A model generated the notes under the pieces. It worked only from the letters and a program-made list of their open reading frames with translations, did no database searches and was not told where the DNA came from. Position numbers and translations under genes: made by a program. A DNA stretch of 64,000 nt from Takakia lepidozioides (lineage: Eukaryota > Plantae > Bryophyta): positions 11,656,001-11,720,000 of the forward strand of contig CM060733.1 of NCBI GenBank assembly GCA_030704615.1, given 5' to 3'. Below are positions 35,031-48,500 of this stretch, in pieces; position 1 is the stretch's first letter; each line of letters begins with the position of its first letter.

Positions 35031-38000
35031 TTTACGCTTTTGCTTGCAGCATGTTGTGGACTTAATGGAATCACTGCGTCACTGTGGGTACAGGATAAAA
35101 GCTGGCTGACAGGACGACCATATCCAAGCCTCAAGGCCCTTTCCAAGTTTATGTACAGTCACATGTGAACTGCGGGAAATGAGGGGATGTGCGAGTCTCG
35201 TGGCAACCAACTTCACGATTTATAACAACCTTGCACTCATACGGTAGTATAACATTGAAAATCTCTCAAGTTTCATGACAGAAAGTCGCTCTTATTTATT
35301 AGTACAAGTTTGTATAGTGAATGCCAGCTACAAGAGCTTATGAGCTGTAGGTACCCTACATGAGCGTGTACGCGGTTACCTCCTCACATTCTCCCTTGCG
35401 AAACTCGATGAATGAAATGTTGGGCCACAAAGCATCGCCGGTTCGGCCGGGTCAGCCTCGCACCGCAGTCCCCACATCTTGACATCTTCCCCAGCTCAAA
35501 TCTATGCTGCATCAACCCGAATCTGTTGAATTGGGTTTCCAATCGTCTAACTTAGTCTACCCTCCTCTGGCCCACAAGTGTACGAAATGTTACTGCAAAC
35601 GAACCCCCACAATCTCAGTTGGAACCTTGGAAAAAGCTCTTGCGCAAGAGTCCAGAAGCAGGCTATAACCCAGAAAAGGACAAACTGTTGTGCGTGCCCA
35701 GCACTCTCTAAGAAGAAAACTGCACGGTGACATGCGTGTCGGTATACACCAGCGTCCGGGAAATAATTTCAGTTGAACCAGCCGGTAGCCGCTCATTCCC
35801 AGCAGCAATCGGCTAAGTGGGTTGGGCACTCGGTCGCTGCCCCTTAGTGGTAACTATACCCGGTCAATTTCCGAGATAATTTCTTTACAACCGGTAATAT
35901 TCCTAATGATTTATTTTGTGTTCAGCTATAAATCCGGCCCTTATAAATATCAACCGGTTGACAACACAAGTGTCAAATATGCACAACAATAAGTAAATAA
36001 TAATAATAATAAATAATCACAACCAGTTTTAAGCAATTCAAACAAGTGAAGAACATTGTATCCTTATAGAAGTTGGACCTGTCAATGCCTTCAAACCACA
36101 TGGAGAAGAATTGAACCCGCGTGGACGGGTGAGCTGTGATAGCAGGCAGCGAGTGCAAGCAGGCGTGGGGCTGGGGCTGCGAGAGCAACGTCCAGACTTA
36201 GTAGGGTTTGCCCGCGGGCCCGCCCTCTTTGAGTTCAATATTTTTTGACCTAAACGCCCTTCCTTGGATGTAACCCGGCCTGGCACGTTGGATTTCTGCC
36301 ATGTGGTGGACTTCGACGGCCATTTCCATTTTTTGTAATATAAGAAGGGCCGGAATCCGTCCAGGCCTTGCCATCTAAGGCAGATTTCCTGTCTGTAATG
36401 AAATGGAAAGGCAAATATCCTTCCTAAGAGTAGGGCACCCGGTTGATTTCCGCTTCGGCCATTTTGTCCCTCGGATCCATTTCCTGAGGTTTCATATTTC
36501 ATTCGGAAATTCTGGAATTCAGTCGGCTAGCATGTAACTGGCTGCCGGTTCTCCCCGGACGTTGGTATACAGACTCTCTTCCTCTTGATACTCCCTGCGA
36601 GCTTCTCCCAGGCTCTTCAGAAACTCTGCATCACCGTCCTCGCAGCATCCGAGCACTGACGATCCTTTTTTCCCTTTTCTTTTTCACATCTGAAAAGTGT
36701 TATGTAGAATATAGTATTTATTAGTCTACTAAACAGTATGCAATTTTTATGATTTGTCTCTCAGAGCATACCCCAAACCACAGCCTGGGATTGAACCCCA
36801 GACCCGATGGGCTACAACCCCTACGTCTATAGTCTATAGTCTATACACTCCAGATGAATTAAAAACTGAAGTTTTCTCTTACTAATTCCACATTCGTCCA
36901 CGTACGATACATTCATCCACCCTCCTCTTGCCCTAATGTAAGTGAGTAGGTATGTTGTAAAAGATCCCAGTGCTTACCACTTTCCTGGAACTCCATGACC
37001 TGGGAACTACATCCTACCTACATATTTCATCCATCTGTAAATATGGATGAAAGGTTCCAACTACACCTGTCTTGAACTAATTCGACGCTTAACCGAGATT
37101 GGTGCTAAAGCAAAGGGTGGTGCTGCCTTTAGGGCACGGCCAACAAGTCAGTGACAACTCTCATTGAGCAGCTGCCATTTGGAAGCTTATGATAGGCTGT
37201 ACTGTGCCAAAATTCCTCCCGTGTATAGCGGGTTGGTTGGTCCCGGGGTGTTTCCCTTTTTCTCTAATAATAATAATAATAATAATCGAAAATAAAACAA
37301 AAGTGCCACACTGGCTGTTGCCGGCGCGACTTTGACCGCGGTTAGTGGAGCCCGCGGCGACGCCGCGCAGGCATCGCGCGGACCGCACGCCACCGTTTCT
37401 GCCGCCGCAAAAACCATATAAGTTATTGTTTCTCAAATATTTGCATACGAAAATTTATTTCTCATAAGCTGGTTGCAAAGTTTGTAGTTGTAAGCAAAAT
37501 GTTGGGTGAGACACATTGTGCTTTTCTGAGTAGAGTGTTGCGCACCCGCACATCAAATCCGTCAAGGACTCGGGCTGATTTCTCTTGGTTAATATCGTTT
37601 CGTTATACAGCGTAATAGCCAGCTACGAGTAGAGTAGGAGGGCAATACAAAAAGGTATACTGTACAATGCACAGTGTCGACTACGTTCTTCTGTGTAATG
37701 CACACCTCCAACAATGCAAGGAAAAAGAAATCATCCCATTTCTTTACGCAGAGGAAGGCCCCTTGTGTCGGGCGCCCCTTGAGTTTTATCCCCAGGGCCT
37801 CGGGAAAAGTAGAATCTTTTCTAAGTAGAGAGTTGCGCACCCGCACATCAAACCCCTCTATTTCAATCAAATTGGAAAAGTAGAAACGAACATGTGGGTT
37901 TGGTCTTTCCGTCATGGATAAGTGTGATTTATGTTGGCTTGGAAAGTTTGTCTTTTCGTCTCCATGTCCGCCTCATGGCCTTTATTTTTTCCAAAATCCG

Positions 38001-39836
38001 GACACGCGGAAATGTGGCATGTGGCTTGTGTTGGGCGGGATCCCATTTTTACAATAGTGAAAATACCGAACTGCCTAGGTACTAGGTATCTACGCAGATA
38101 CCTACCCAGTGCGCGCTGGCGCCTATAGAGTAGTGGTGGTAATAAGTCAGACAGACGCAGGTGTATTTATTGCCGCGACTTCTGACCGCACGGTGCAGAA
38201 GTCAGCCGCGCGGTCTTCGTGCTGATGGCTGATTGCTGGTGCCAAGAAAAATTACCCCTACAACAAAGTTTGGGTAATGTTGGGTTTTTTTTATTGTTTT
38301 TAAAGGAAATGTTGGGCAATGTTTTTAAAATTACCCAAAATTTTACCATAGCTGGAAAAATAAAATATCTCATTTTTAAGCTGTTATTGGGTACTACTTC
38401 ATATAATGTATAGCCACTTTCACGTCGTCATTGATTTGATTGCGGAGATGATGATCATTTTGATCATCCAACCCCCTTGTGATGACGGTGAGGCGATACG
38501 AGATCATTGCAACCTTGTCCGGGCACCGCACAGTTGCCGTCCAAAGTTACGCCACATATGTCAGCGGCCTCCGGGACAAACAATCGCATCATTGTCATGG
38601 ACCGACCAACAACAAATATATGTTGTTTGAATTTGCGGGTGCCGGAGTTGGTGTGAGGTTGTGGGCTGGGAGAAAAAAACTTGAAGTGGAAACACCTTAT
38701 ATTATTGCGATTGAGACAACGCCATTTTGCCGGTTTTACCTCTAGTCAAAGACGATATGCGGTGACGCCAATTGGCGAAACTGGCCGAAACTGACCGATC
38801 ATCTCAAAGTTCAAATTCCGAGAAAATTTGATTGGCCCGGTTTCTTCTCTCTCTCTCTCTCGCTCGTGGGTTTGTGTTTCCTGCTTGAGGGCTTTTGAGC
38901 GAAGCTTCCGACTTTCAAATTTCAAGGATGGTGGACCTGTTTCTGGATGCCCCTCCTGTATCACCTCGGTTTCCAATCTGCATTGGTAACTTCCGCACAG
39001 TGGCAAGATCCTTATCTCAGTACTTAAGCTTGTGGTCGACCACTCTCCTGCAAACCATCTCAGACGCAGATTTCTCTCCCTCTCCCTCTCTCGCTCCCTA
39101 TCTCTCCCTCTCCATCTCTCTCGCTCGCACACACACAATTAACAAGAAGGGTGTGCACTACAGTCTAGGTGGTGACTACTGGATCTAGTGGACCTTGGAC
39201 CCATTGGGTTCGGTGCACATTAATTCTTTCTCTTTCTTTCCTTGTCTCTGAAAAATTCAAGTGCTGTTCTTCTCTTCCACAACCTTTGTCTGAAAATTTC
39301 TCAAGCTCTTTGAGCTTTCTGTGGACGTTATAAAGGACCATTTCATTTCATTTCTGAAATTTTACCCAATTTTTCGGTCTTCATACATATATCTTCCAGG
39401 AGGACGTGACCGGGATCAAGCGATCCCCGAGAAAAGTGAACCGCGACCTAGGAAGACAGATATCTTTAAGCGGATCATCTCAAACTCGATCGGAATATCA
39501 GAGGACCAGAGAAACCATATGCAGTTGCAGTTGTACATTTCAACTTGTTCATGGCAGGACCATCAGATGGACCCTCTCAATTCCGCCGTTCGACTTCCAA
39601 GTACGTCTTCTAAACCACATTCACAATACCATGTAAGGGGGTGTCTGTATGTGATCTATAGCCTCCAGAAAGGGGAAAAATGTTGTATCCGTACACGGAT
39701 CTGTGTAATGGGGATGAGGCCGGATAGATCATATTAGGTCTCTAGACTGTTTCCCATTCACTCCTGAGTCATGAATAGCTACTGCAGGTTGTCATTCATA
39801 TTCATTGATCATGTTCTCCTGGCAATCCACAGACAA

Positions 39837-41923
39837 ATGCCTCCACCCACAACAGATGCGGAACCACATCACGTAGACTGGGAGAACATCTATCAGGTAC
39901 CAACACAGTGGACAGCACGGCAAGACTCTGTAAAGGGAAATTATAGCGGGAGCGTATCGAATGTGCCAACGTTGAAGAAAAAATTGAAGGAAGTTGTCGG
40001 GCCATACGATTTCAACAACCCTAATGTACGTGCATGATTCCTTGTTTTCTGAATTCCAAGTATCTGTAATTTGGACATGTGTCATGGTGTTACAACTTAC
40101 AAGCTCAGTTCGATGGAAGAATAGAGAATCAAAACACTAATCTGGAACATAACCCCCTCGTATCGATGGGCATTGGAACTATCCCAAGTACTGTTCCTTG
40201 TAAGCCGTGTAGGTTTCAGGACCATTGCTGTCCCATTGCTGTAAGACGTTAGCAGTATATAGCCGTTTGGGAGAGAAAGATACTTGTCGATCTGCTTTTG
40301 TAAGCATAATCCACATTGGTGCGAGTCTAAGTTAGGACAGAGTTGTAGCTAAAACTTGTACATCGTATAAGCTGAACGCATTACACACCTTCACGCAATC
40401 TGGATCATTCTTGAGTATATTCTTGAATCTCTTGAAAACCCATCTGGAAAGAGAAGGGAACTGGTAGATCTAAATATAAAAGGAAATTACACACCATGAT
40501 AGAAGCATGGTGGAGCTATTGTCAGCCAGCAGGTCTCTAGAAAGAGTGTACTTAAACATGAATAGAAGTTTTGTCTAACAATTTGCCTGTTTTCCCTCGG
40601 CTAGTAACTGAACTTTGCAGACTTTAGATTTTGAAGAGTTCTAAAGTTGGTTTGCGTGTCAACAGTAGAATCGGGTAAACCAGAGGTAAATCATCCTGGC
40701 AGTATTGGGTCAGGCCACTGAGGTTCAAAGTCGAGTGCCCAGAGGATGGTCCTATATATTATAGCCTCATAGGTACGTGCTCAAATCTTATACTCTTTGC
40801 TTCTTAGAGGTATTCTGATGCTTGACGAATTGACATGGTCAAATGATCCGATCTGCAGATCTGGCGAGCTTCAGTGGTTGAGTTTGCTGGGACGGCAGCC
40901 CTCACCTTCATGAGTATAGCTGCGGCAATAACATGTCAACAACAGGCGCAATCACACGGCTCCTCAACTTCGGCCGCCACATTCCCCACAGTCCAAGTTT
41001 TAATCTACTCTTTCTGCATTCTAGCAACAGCTCCTGTCTCAGGTGGCCACCTCAACCCAGCCGTCACCTTCGCCACCTTCTTGACCGGCCATGCAACTTT
41101 GGTCAGATCACTCTTTTATCTGGTTGCTCAAACTGCAGGCGGTATCCTAGGGGCTTATTTAGTGAAGAACATCATTTCTGCAGATTTGGAATCTACACAT
41201 CACCTAGGTGGATGCTTATTGAAAGATGTAGTTGCAGACCAGTCGACGGTTGGGTTGTCCCATAGGCAAGGGACTTTAGCAGAGGTCGTCTTCACCTTCA
41301 TCTTTATTTTTGTATCATACCAAGTGAGCCTGGAGCCCAGAAGCCTAGTAGTAACCTGGCCAATAGTTGGCCCCTTTGTTATAGGCACGGTCTTCGCCCT
41401 CCTCAACTTCGTCTCTAGGGGACTAGCTTCCCAAGCTTACACGGGTGCTGGTATGAATCCAGCAAAGTGTTTCGGGCCTGCGGTGGTCTACGGGAGAGAC
41501 TTATGGGATCCCCAGCCAGTGTTCTGGTCTGGCCCCTTGTTTGCTGCCATGGCCTTTGCGCTGATCCACCATCTGGTCCTCAGTAGAAACGTTCGAGATT
41601 TTCAACCTGGAGATTATCATCAGCCTCTGCTCCCTCTTAATTTTGAGTACCCAATGCCCGTCGGGGACCGCGTTCTTACCGATATGCTCCATGGAGAGAG
41701 GCCGGCTAGTCCGGTGGCTGGTGAGTCCCAGGAGCCTAAGAAGATGAACGTGGTGCTGCACATAAAGGCGGCCATGTTGCATCCGGGCAACAGCGAGAGA
41801 AATATTGAGGATGGCAGAATGCCGAGTGTGTCGGAGTTCCACAGAAGGTCGAGTGTATCGGAATTCCAAAAGGAGGTCGCAGATGCGACACTCTCTAGTT
41901 TCACAACAGTGATACCTATGTAA
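39837..41923 (+). CDS. XIP: Aquaporin, XIP subfamily with long termini, ~417 aa; join(39837..40025,40859..41923)
   Basis: EVVGPYDFNNPN|IWRASVVEF (same intron position as the paralogue); SGGHLNPA; HLGGC; GAGMNPAKC; VFWSGP. The start codon is uncertain because more upstream exons are possible. Confidence 0.9.
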
Positions 41924-44875
41924 GCCATCCTTCAATTCCACTCGCACGTATCACTGTAGGGAGATCTTCCCCACAAGACGGAAATTTTACTTGCCGGGTG
42001 CAGGTGTTCTAAGTATCGATTTGAACATGCATGAAGCTTCTGAAGACCCTTAGTAATCCCACTCCACACACTCAGAGGCGGAATGGATTGTGGGAGTGGG
42101 GCAGGTCCTCGGATATTGCCATACCTTTGTGGCCACATAGACACTTACACAAAGAGCAATTGGCATAAAGAGAATACATACCTCCTCGGGAACATCTAGT
42201 CTTGGTTGGCCCAAAGGAGAAGGAACTTAGAATGTGTACTGACCAAAAATTTCATTCCGCGGGAGTCTTGTGCTGCCAACTTTGCAGCTGCAATAATTGT
42301 AAGATGGGTCTTACAAAACCCAACGATCCCAGCTGTGGGGATAGAGAGGATATCCCATAGGATTCCTAAATAAGTGAGTCAACGCAGGTTGATGTATGGA
42401 CTCGACACTCAAGGGCAAAGTGGTGCTTGTGTCCTCAAACGTCCTCAAAGTTCTTATTTAAGTGCTGGTCCTTCATTACAGCATGAAATATCCCAGCAGC
42501 AGCAACACAGCTAAGCTCAAAATACTGTGCATTCTGCTCAAAGCAAATTGAAATCCTTTTTACTTGCTAGGATAGTGGCAGGTAAGGACCTTGCTTTTGA
42601 CAGGACTTACAGTGTGAATGGTGCAGCTCACATTGAGTGCGCCATGGAAGAATTCCTAGCTGAGCAGGAGCACTTGCTTAGAAATCAAGGTCCCTGTGCT
42701 TTGATCTTCTTGTAAAATTGACATTTTGTGGCTTTAATCCCCTCCCTCATCAAATTGGATTCAAGTGCAGAGCACATGATCACTTACATTTCAATTTCTC
42801 TCAATACCAACATTAAGGTTGTACAAATCAGTTCGGCCTGTGGAACATTAGTAACACTCCACATGTACATAAGTAATAAGGAAAGAGCAGAATAATCTAG
42901 AGCATTGAGCGATAAAAAGGTGTGCAAAGGAACAGTATAGCTAGAAAAGACCAACTTCTCACCTTCGCCATATTTGGCTCCCCTCCCTTCATCACGAACT
43001 GAGTAAGCATCATAAACCATACAAACAGTCAGTCCTCAGTTGAAATAATGTCGCTAAAGCCACTAATTGAATACATTCGATGCCAGATGTGAGCAACCTA
43101 TACTCTAAAATAATAAAACCAGAGATGACTATCTTCACACTGTGGACATATGAACAGTTTCTTTGGATTTTAGCCAAACCTTCCATGCTGAAGTACAGTT
43201 TATCTCAGTAGTTTGACAATTTGAGAATATTTCCTCTCCCATGCTGTACTAGCACGACATCACGATGACATATTGATCAACCTGTTGAGCACATTGCAGG
43301 CCTTCACAAAGGACCTTTGAGAACTCTACATGCAAGTTTATGGCTTAGAACTATTACATTACCAACCAGAACCCAAGGGAGTTCGATCATTCTGAAAGTA
43401 AGGTAACAATAAGTAAAACTTACCCAACAGACGACATAATATCAAAGAGATTGAAGCCATTAAGCGTGCCAAAACCATCCCGCTAATCTTAGATATATCA
43501 CAGCCTAAACAAACTCTCCTTATAGAAGGAGACTTGGAGTCTTTCTCACTTACCAACTTCATGAGAAAACCCCGTTCTCTGGCCGTCCCACTGCCCATAC
43601 GCTCAGAAAATACTGAACGGCATTACAAACAGAATTAAAAAAATCTTTGGCTATCTCCCACCTCCATCTCACACAACCGCACCCGCAAGTTACACCCCTC
43701 CCAAAACACATTCAAAATCGAATAATTTACAAGTTTCACCAGAGCGAAGACAATGAAAAGGACGACAAATGCAAATATTGGAGCACTACATGTGTTATCT
43801 CTTGCCTGAGAGAGAGAAGGTTATCTTAAGAATCGCACCTTACGTTCGCGACCCAGTAAAAGGGGCATAACACAGACATCAACTGTGGCACCAGAACCAA
43901 ACAAAGAGAGACACAGACAGAGGGAGGTAAGACCAATAGAAGAGAAAGAACAGTACCATCAACAGTGTCGGTCACGAAGGCGGATTAACCTCACCGCCCC
44001 GCAATTTCCTGTTGAGAGAAAGACTGTCTCGCTGCCGAGCACAAATGTGCACATACTTGAGCCCCCTTTCCAATCCCTCTTGTGCAGCAAACAAACACCG
44101 GCCGCCATTCCTCGCTCCCTCACCTCCACACTACTTACAGCTCGCAGCTCGCACACATGTACAGTAAGTAGCCTACTCTCTCAGTGGAGTGTAAACGCAA
44201 ACATTATGGGATATATATTTCGTCGCAATAATAATGCGGCCGCACACCTCATCGCACTATTCGTGGGCAGGTCAGCCTACCACACGGGCCCACGCTGGGC
44301 CCAATATCATGCCCCCCTAAATACTCCCATCCACTAACAGCTACTCTCTTGTTCAACGCTCGCCCCGATGAAACCCATCCATCCACCCATCCATCCATTC
44401 ATTCAAACGAGAGAGTTGGCGCCAAACGATAGATTGTCCCACGTCCCGCAGTCCCCCACCCCATGTCCGTCGGTGGTTCATGTCCACGGGACGCAGCATG
44501 GGGCAGGCGAACTTCCCGGGTCCCACCCGTGTCCCGCGCCCCATGTCCTGCACCTCATGTGATTGAAAAATAAAGTTGGACGGAGGTACTGTTTGGTCGA
44601 GGGATGCGCGGATTGAAATCGTAATAGTTGATGGTCGGAAAATGGCGGGCTGGTGGGTGGGCGGGGGTGGGTGGAATAATTTGTGGGGTATGGTATGGAA
44701 AGACGTTACAGTGAAAGTCTTGACAAAAGGGCGAGAGAGAGAGGCAATCATGGCGGGGGGCGTCAGTTGGCATTGTTGGAGCTGCGGCTGCCTGCCTGAC
44801 ACCCACACGCGCGCACACAGACACACACACATCCACCCGAGCTCCGAGCTTGCGCAATGCGAGAGGAGGAGCAGC

Positions 44876-44877
<2 letters not shown>

Positions 44878-44912
<35 letters not shown>
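44878..44912. repeat. (GA)n microsatellite upstream of the ALE2-like gene
   Basis: About 16 GA units. Confidence 0.9.
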
Positions 44913-44915
<3 letters not shown>

Positions 44916-45561
44916 TGTCCACGTAGTTGGTGGATTTGTGTTTGGTTGAAGGAGGCTGTGTAGGTTTGTTGGTTTTTGAGTTCACACTGCGGAGTTTGGT
45001 GGCGGATTGAAGGGGATGGCATCGCGTGTGCGGGGCTGGGGTTTGCTGTAGCTGCGGAGAAGGACGAGTGTGGTGGTAATGGGGGTGGAGGTGGAGGTGG
45101 AGGTGTGGAGGAGCTGGCAATGAGCGTCACCTCTGGCGGGTGGTATTGAGGTCGTGGATGTTGCTGGTGGAATAAGGCGAGATGGAGGAGTTTGTTTGAG
45201 TGCAGGCTTCATCTCCAGGCAATATGATGCAATGAGGGGGAGGGATCTACTTTTTACTGGGTATCAAGTGGTGGTCATTTACAGGATAGGTTGTAGAAAA
45301 TGCCGTCGTACCTGCAGCGAGAAGTTGCAGCGGGTTCGTGGGGTAAGAGGGCGGGACATTATGCAAGGGGAAATTGAGGTGGGAGTATTCTGGCAAGGAA
45401 GTTCGGAGGATGTCAAGTAGCTGTGCGGGGAGGTAGCCCCTGCGACGTGGTTTCATTCGCCAAGAGAAATTATACAGCTGCGCAGACATGCGAATGGACA
45501 GGGCAGTGGGTGGTAGAGCAGTTTGTGAAAGAGAAAGAAGTGCTCAACGGTAACAGCCAAC

Positions 45562-48500
45562 ATGTGCAGCAATGCTTGCAAAATTGCAGGGTTGCTGCCG
45601 GTGCTGATTCTGGCTGTGATCCTTGTCGGAAGCTTCGGCCAAGGTTTGCGTTCCTCCTGTAGTATTTGCACGACCATTGCTGCAGCTGTACCTTGCCACT
45701 AAGGACTGTAGGACGTATAGAGGTTTTCTGAGTCGATTTATTTGCAGACTAAACTATATCGCCTGGGCATGTACTGCGTGGACGGCTGTGCACATGTATA
45801 GCCGTCGTCAAACTCCGTTCTGTTGACAGTGGTGGTCCTTGACATTGCAATGTTGCAGTGCAATATTGCAGCAAGGCATACCCCTGTTTTCTGACTCTGC
45901 TGGTAACTGATGAAGGGTTGGAAGGCACGAGAGTTTTCCCTGCACTAATTGATATGGCACATATTGAAATAGCAGGCTGGGGACAGGGGATTGATTAGTT
46001 GATATCATCTCAGATGCAGTTTCAAACTTGGATTTTGCAGAAGTTAAAGACTACAGCAGTTCCTATAGTGTATCCGCCAAGTCCTAGGAATTTACACAAG
46101 TAACTCAGAGTAAACAGGCAACCACAATTGAAGTAGTAAATGCGAGTGATGTACCTGGTTCTGTGTGTTGACTGTGTCTTTCTCGCTTTCTGGTGCAGAA
46201 GTACGGTCAAATGCGCATGGAAGTAATGAATGTGACTTGGTGACAAATTTCTTAAACCATGATAGATCTCAAACAGTGTTAAGTGAGGCAAGTACCCTCA
46301 GATTATCTAGGGTTCTTTTTTCTGCCCCTACTTTATTGGGGTTTTCAAAGTTGCGACCCCCATTTTCTTTCTTTCAAACCCAAGGACGACAAGTTGGCAG
46401 CTCAAGTCCTATTGTGGAGTTTCCAGCATTGCCGCAAACAGGAGCACCAGTGGCACCTGCTTTATTGCAAGCTCTCGGGACTGCACCAGTTGCCCCATCC
46501 ACTCTAGTGTCAGATTCTCCATCCCTAGCCCTTGATGTTAGGCCCCTCTTAGCCTCGCAGGGCCCTGCATCTCCACCTCAACATTCAGGTGCCGGGAGGC
46601 ATTTGGCCCCAATTTCACTACCACCTGTTGCAGCACCCAAGTTGCATGACCCAAAACCATTGCGTCCTTCACCACCTCCTCTCACAAAAAGACACGTCCA
46701 TCGCAATCACTCAAGTGTACAATCTGCAAAAGCACCGAAGGGATTGGTGCCAGCCCCTGCTCCACTTCCACATTCACCACGAGGTCACCATCATTTACAT
46801 CCAGGTCAGCACCTGCACTCGACAGAAAGATCGTATGTCGGTCACCCCTCCCCTTTCCCCTAGCATTTCTGGGTAAATTAGTAGTGCAAAACCTACCTTG
46901 TGTGTATGCTTATTCAAGGAGTGTTAGCTCTGCCATTTGCACAGCGCTTCCTGTCTGTTTGTAGCCATGATTCTCTGCCTGGTTTTCTCTGACATGGATA
47001 AGTTGTGGCGGTCTGTGTTTTTTGTTCACTTGGAGTGGTGAACAGTGCCTGGCCCAAGGCCTCTATCAAATGCATACCCGCCACCAGCACCAACCATCTT
47101 TAGTCCACCTAACAGTTCTCAAGGTATACTTTTCCAACAGTCAAACCTCTGCTTGAAGCAGTGTTTTTCTTCCTGGCAAAAAATCGCCAGATTTCAACCT
47201 GGAAACTACGTCAGCTACTTGTACAAAGGAATTATGGGGGGTAAAATCTGATTTTTTCGCCAAAAAGCAGCAGCAGATCAATTTCAGGGGCCTAATCTTG
47301 CCGACGTGGACCAGTTATAATATGCCACCTGGAATTTAGCCACTTTTCTAACTCTGTCACCTCGATATTCTCGCCCCATGGGCACTGTGTAGAATTCACA
47401 GGTGGCCCCGCCAGCGATTTTGGAAATATGAAATAAAAACCCACTGGCTTGAAGACCCAGGATATTGTGCAGTTCTCTCTTTTTAAGAATCCAGGTTTTG
47501 GAGGTGATATAAAGGGAATGTATATCGATCAGGCAATGTGGTTGTTAGGCATGGGAGGAGGCCAGTGGCAATGTCCTATCATAGACCATTATCCAACTCC
47601 CTCACGTAATATGAAATTGTCACATATTTATGATTAGTATCTTTCCGAGATTGTACCTTCCCTTCTTATTGCAAGTTGTTGACTCCATGAGACCTTGTGT
47701 CCTGTTCTTGCTCTCATCTGCTGCAAGTAGGAATATTGGAATCTTGCTGCCATGTCCTGGCTTTTGGTATATTACCATACCATTTGCAAACTTCGGTTCT
47801 ACCAAGGGAGGTTTTTAGTATGATTCTCTGAGTCTCACATATAATCCTCTCCGAGGCCTTCACAACTCCTGGGCATTGTAACAGCAGCTTCTCATACAGG
47901 ATTTCCTTAGATTGAGGCAAGTGTTGGCTCAGGGCTGCTGGTTCAATTCAAAGCTCCACATGTTTTGGGACTCCACGCTAACTTTGTGGGGAGTAGTTTG
48001 GGGAGAGAATTACTCCTGGTTACACCTGTATTCTCACCTCTTTCATCTGAACCTCTCTGTGTGAAGCCGAGTGCCATGGCTCTAATTCCGTCTATCTTGC
48101 GTCTGTTTATCAGGCATTATTCACAGTCTTTTCTTTGGCAGGTTAAGTAGGGTGCATACTCATATTTTGTCCTTTAGATGCTCTCTTGTTGCAAAGTGTC
48201 CAGAGGGAACGATGCAGGAGAGAGAATTTACTTTTGCAGCAGCCTTGTGCCCATAGCTGTGCCCAGTTTGGCAGATGTGTTAGGGAGAGAGTTCTCACTC
48301 GTTTTCTCCTCTTTGTCTACAGACTGCAATACACCATGTGGGGATGGCTACACCTACATGCCACCAGGCTCACCATGCGGTTGTGTCATACCTATTCAAG
48401 TGCAGCTGCAACTGGGGATCAATCTTGAGACCCTTTTCCCTCTTGTGTCGGAACTAGCAAAGGAGTTTGCCAATGGCCTCTTTCTGCAAACAAGTCAAGT

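Noticed and set aside
44353-45130. Long minus-strand ORFs (255 and 191 aa) as proteins
   Set aside because: They are largely low-complexity translations of GA/CA/GGT repeats in a promoter or UTR region.
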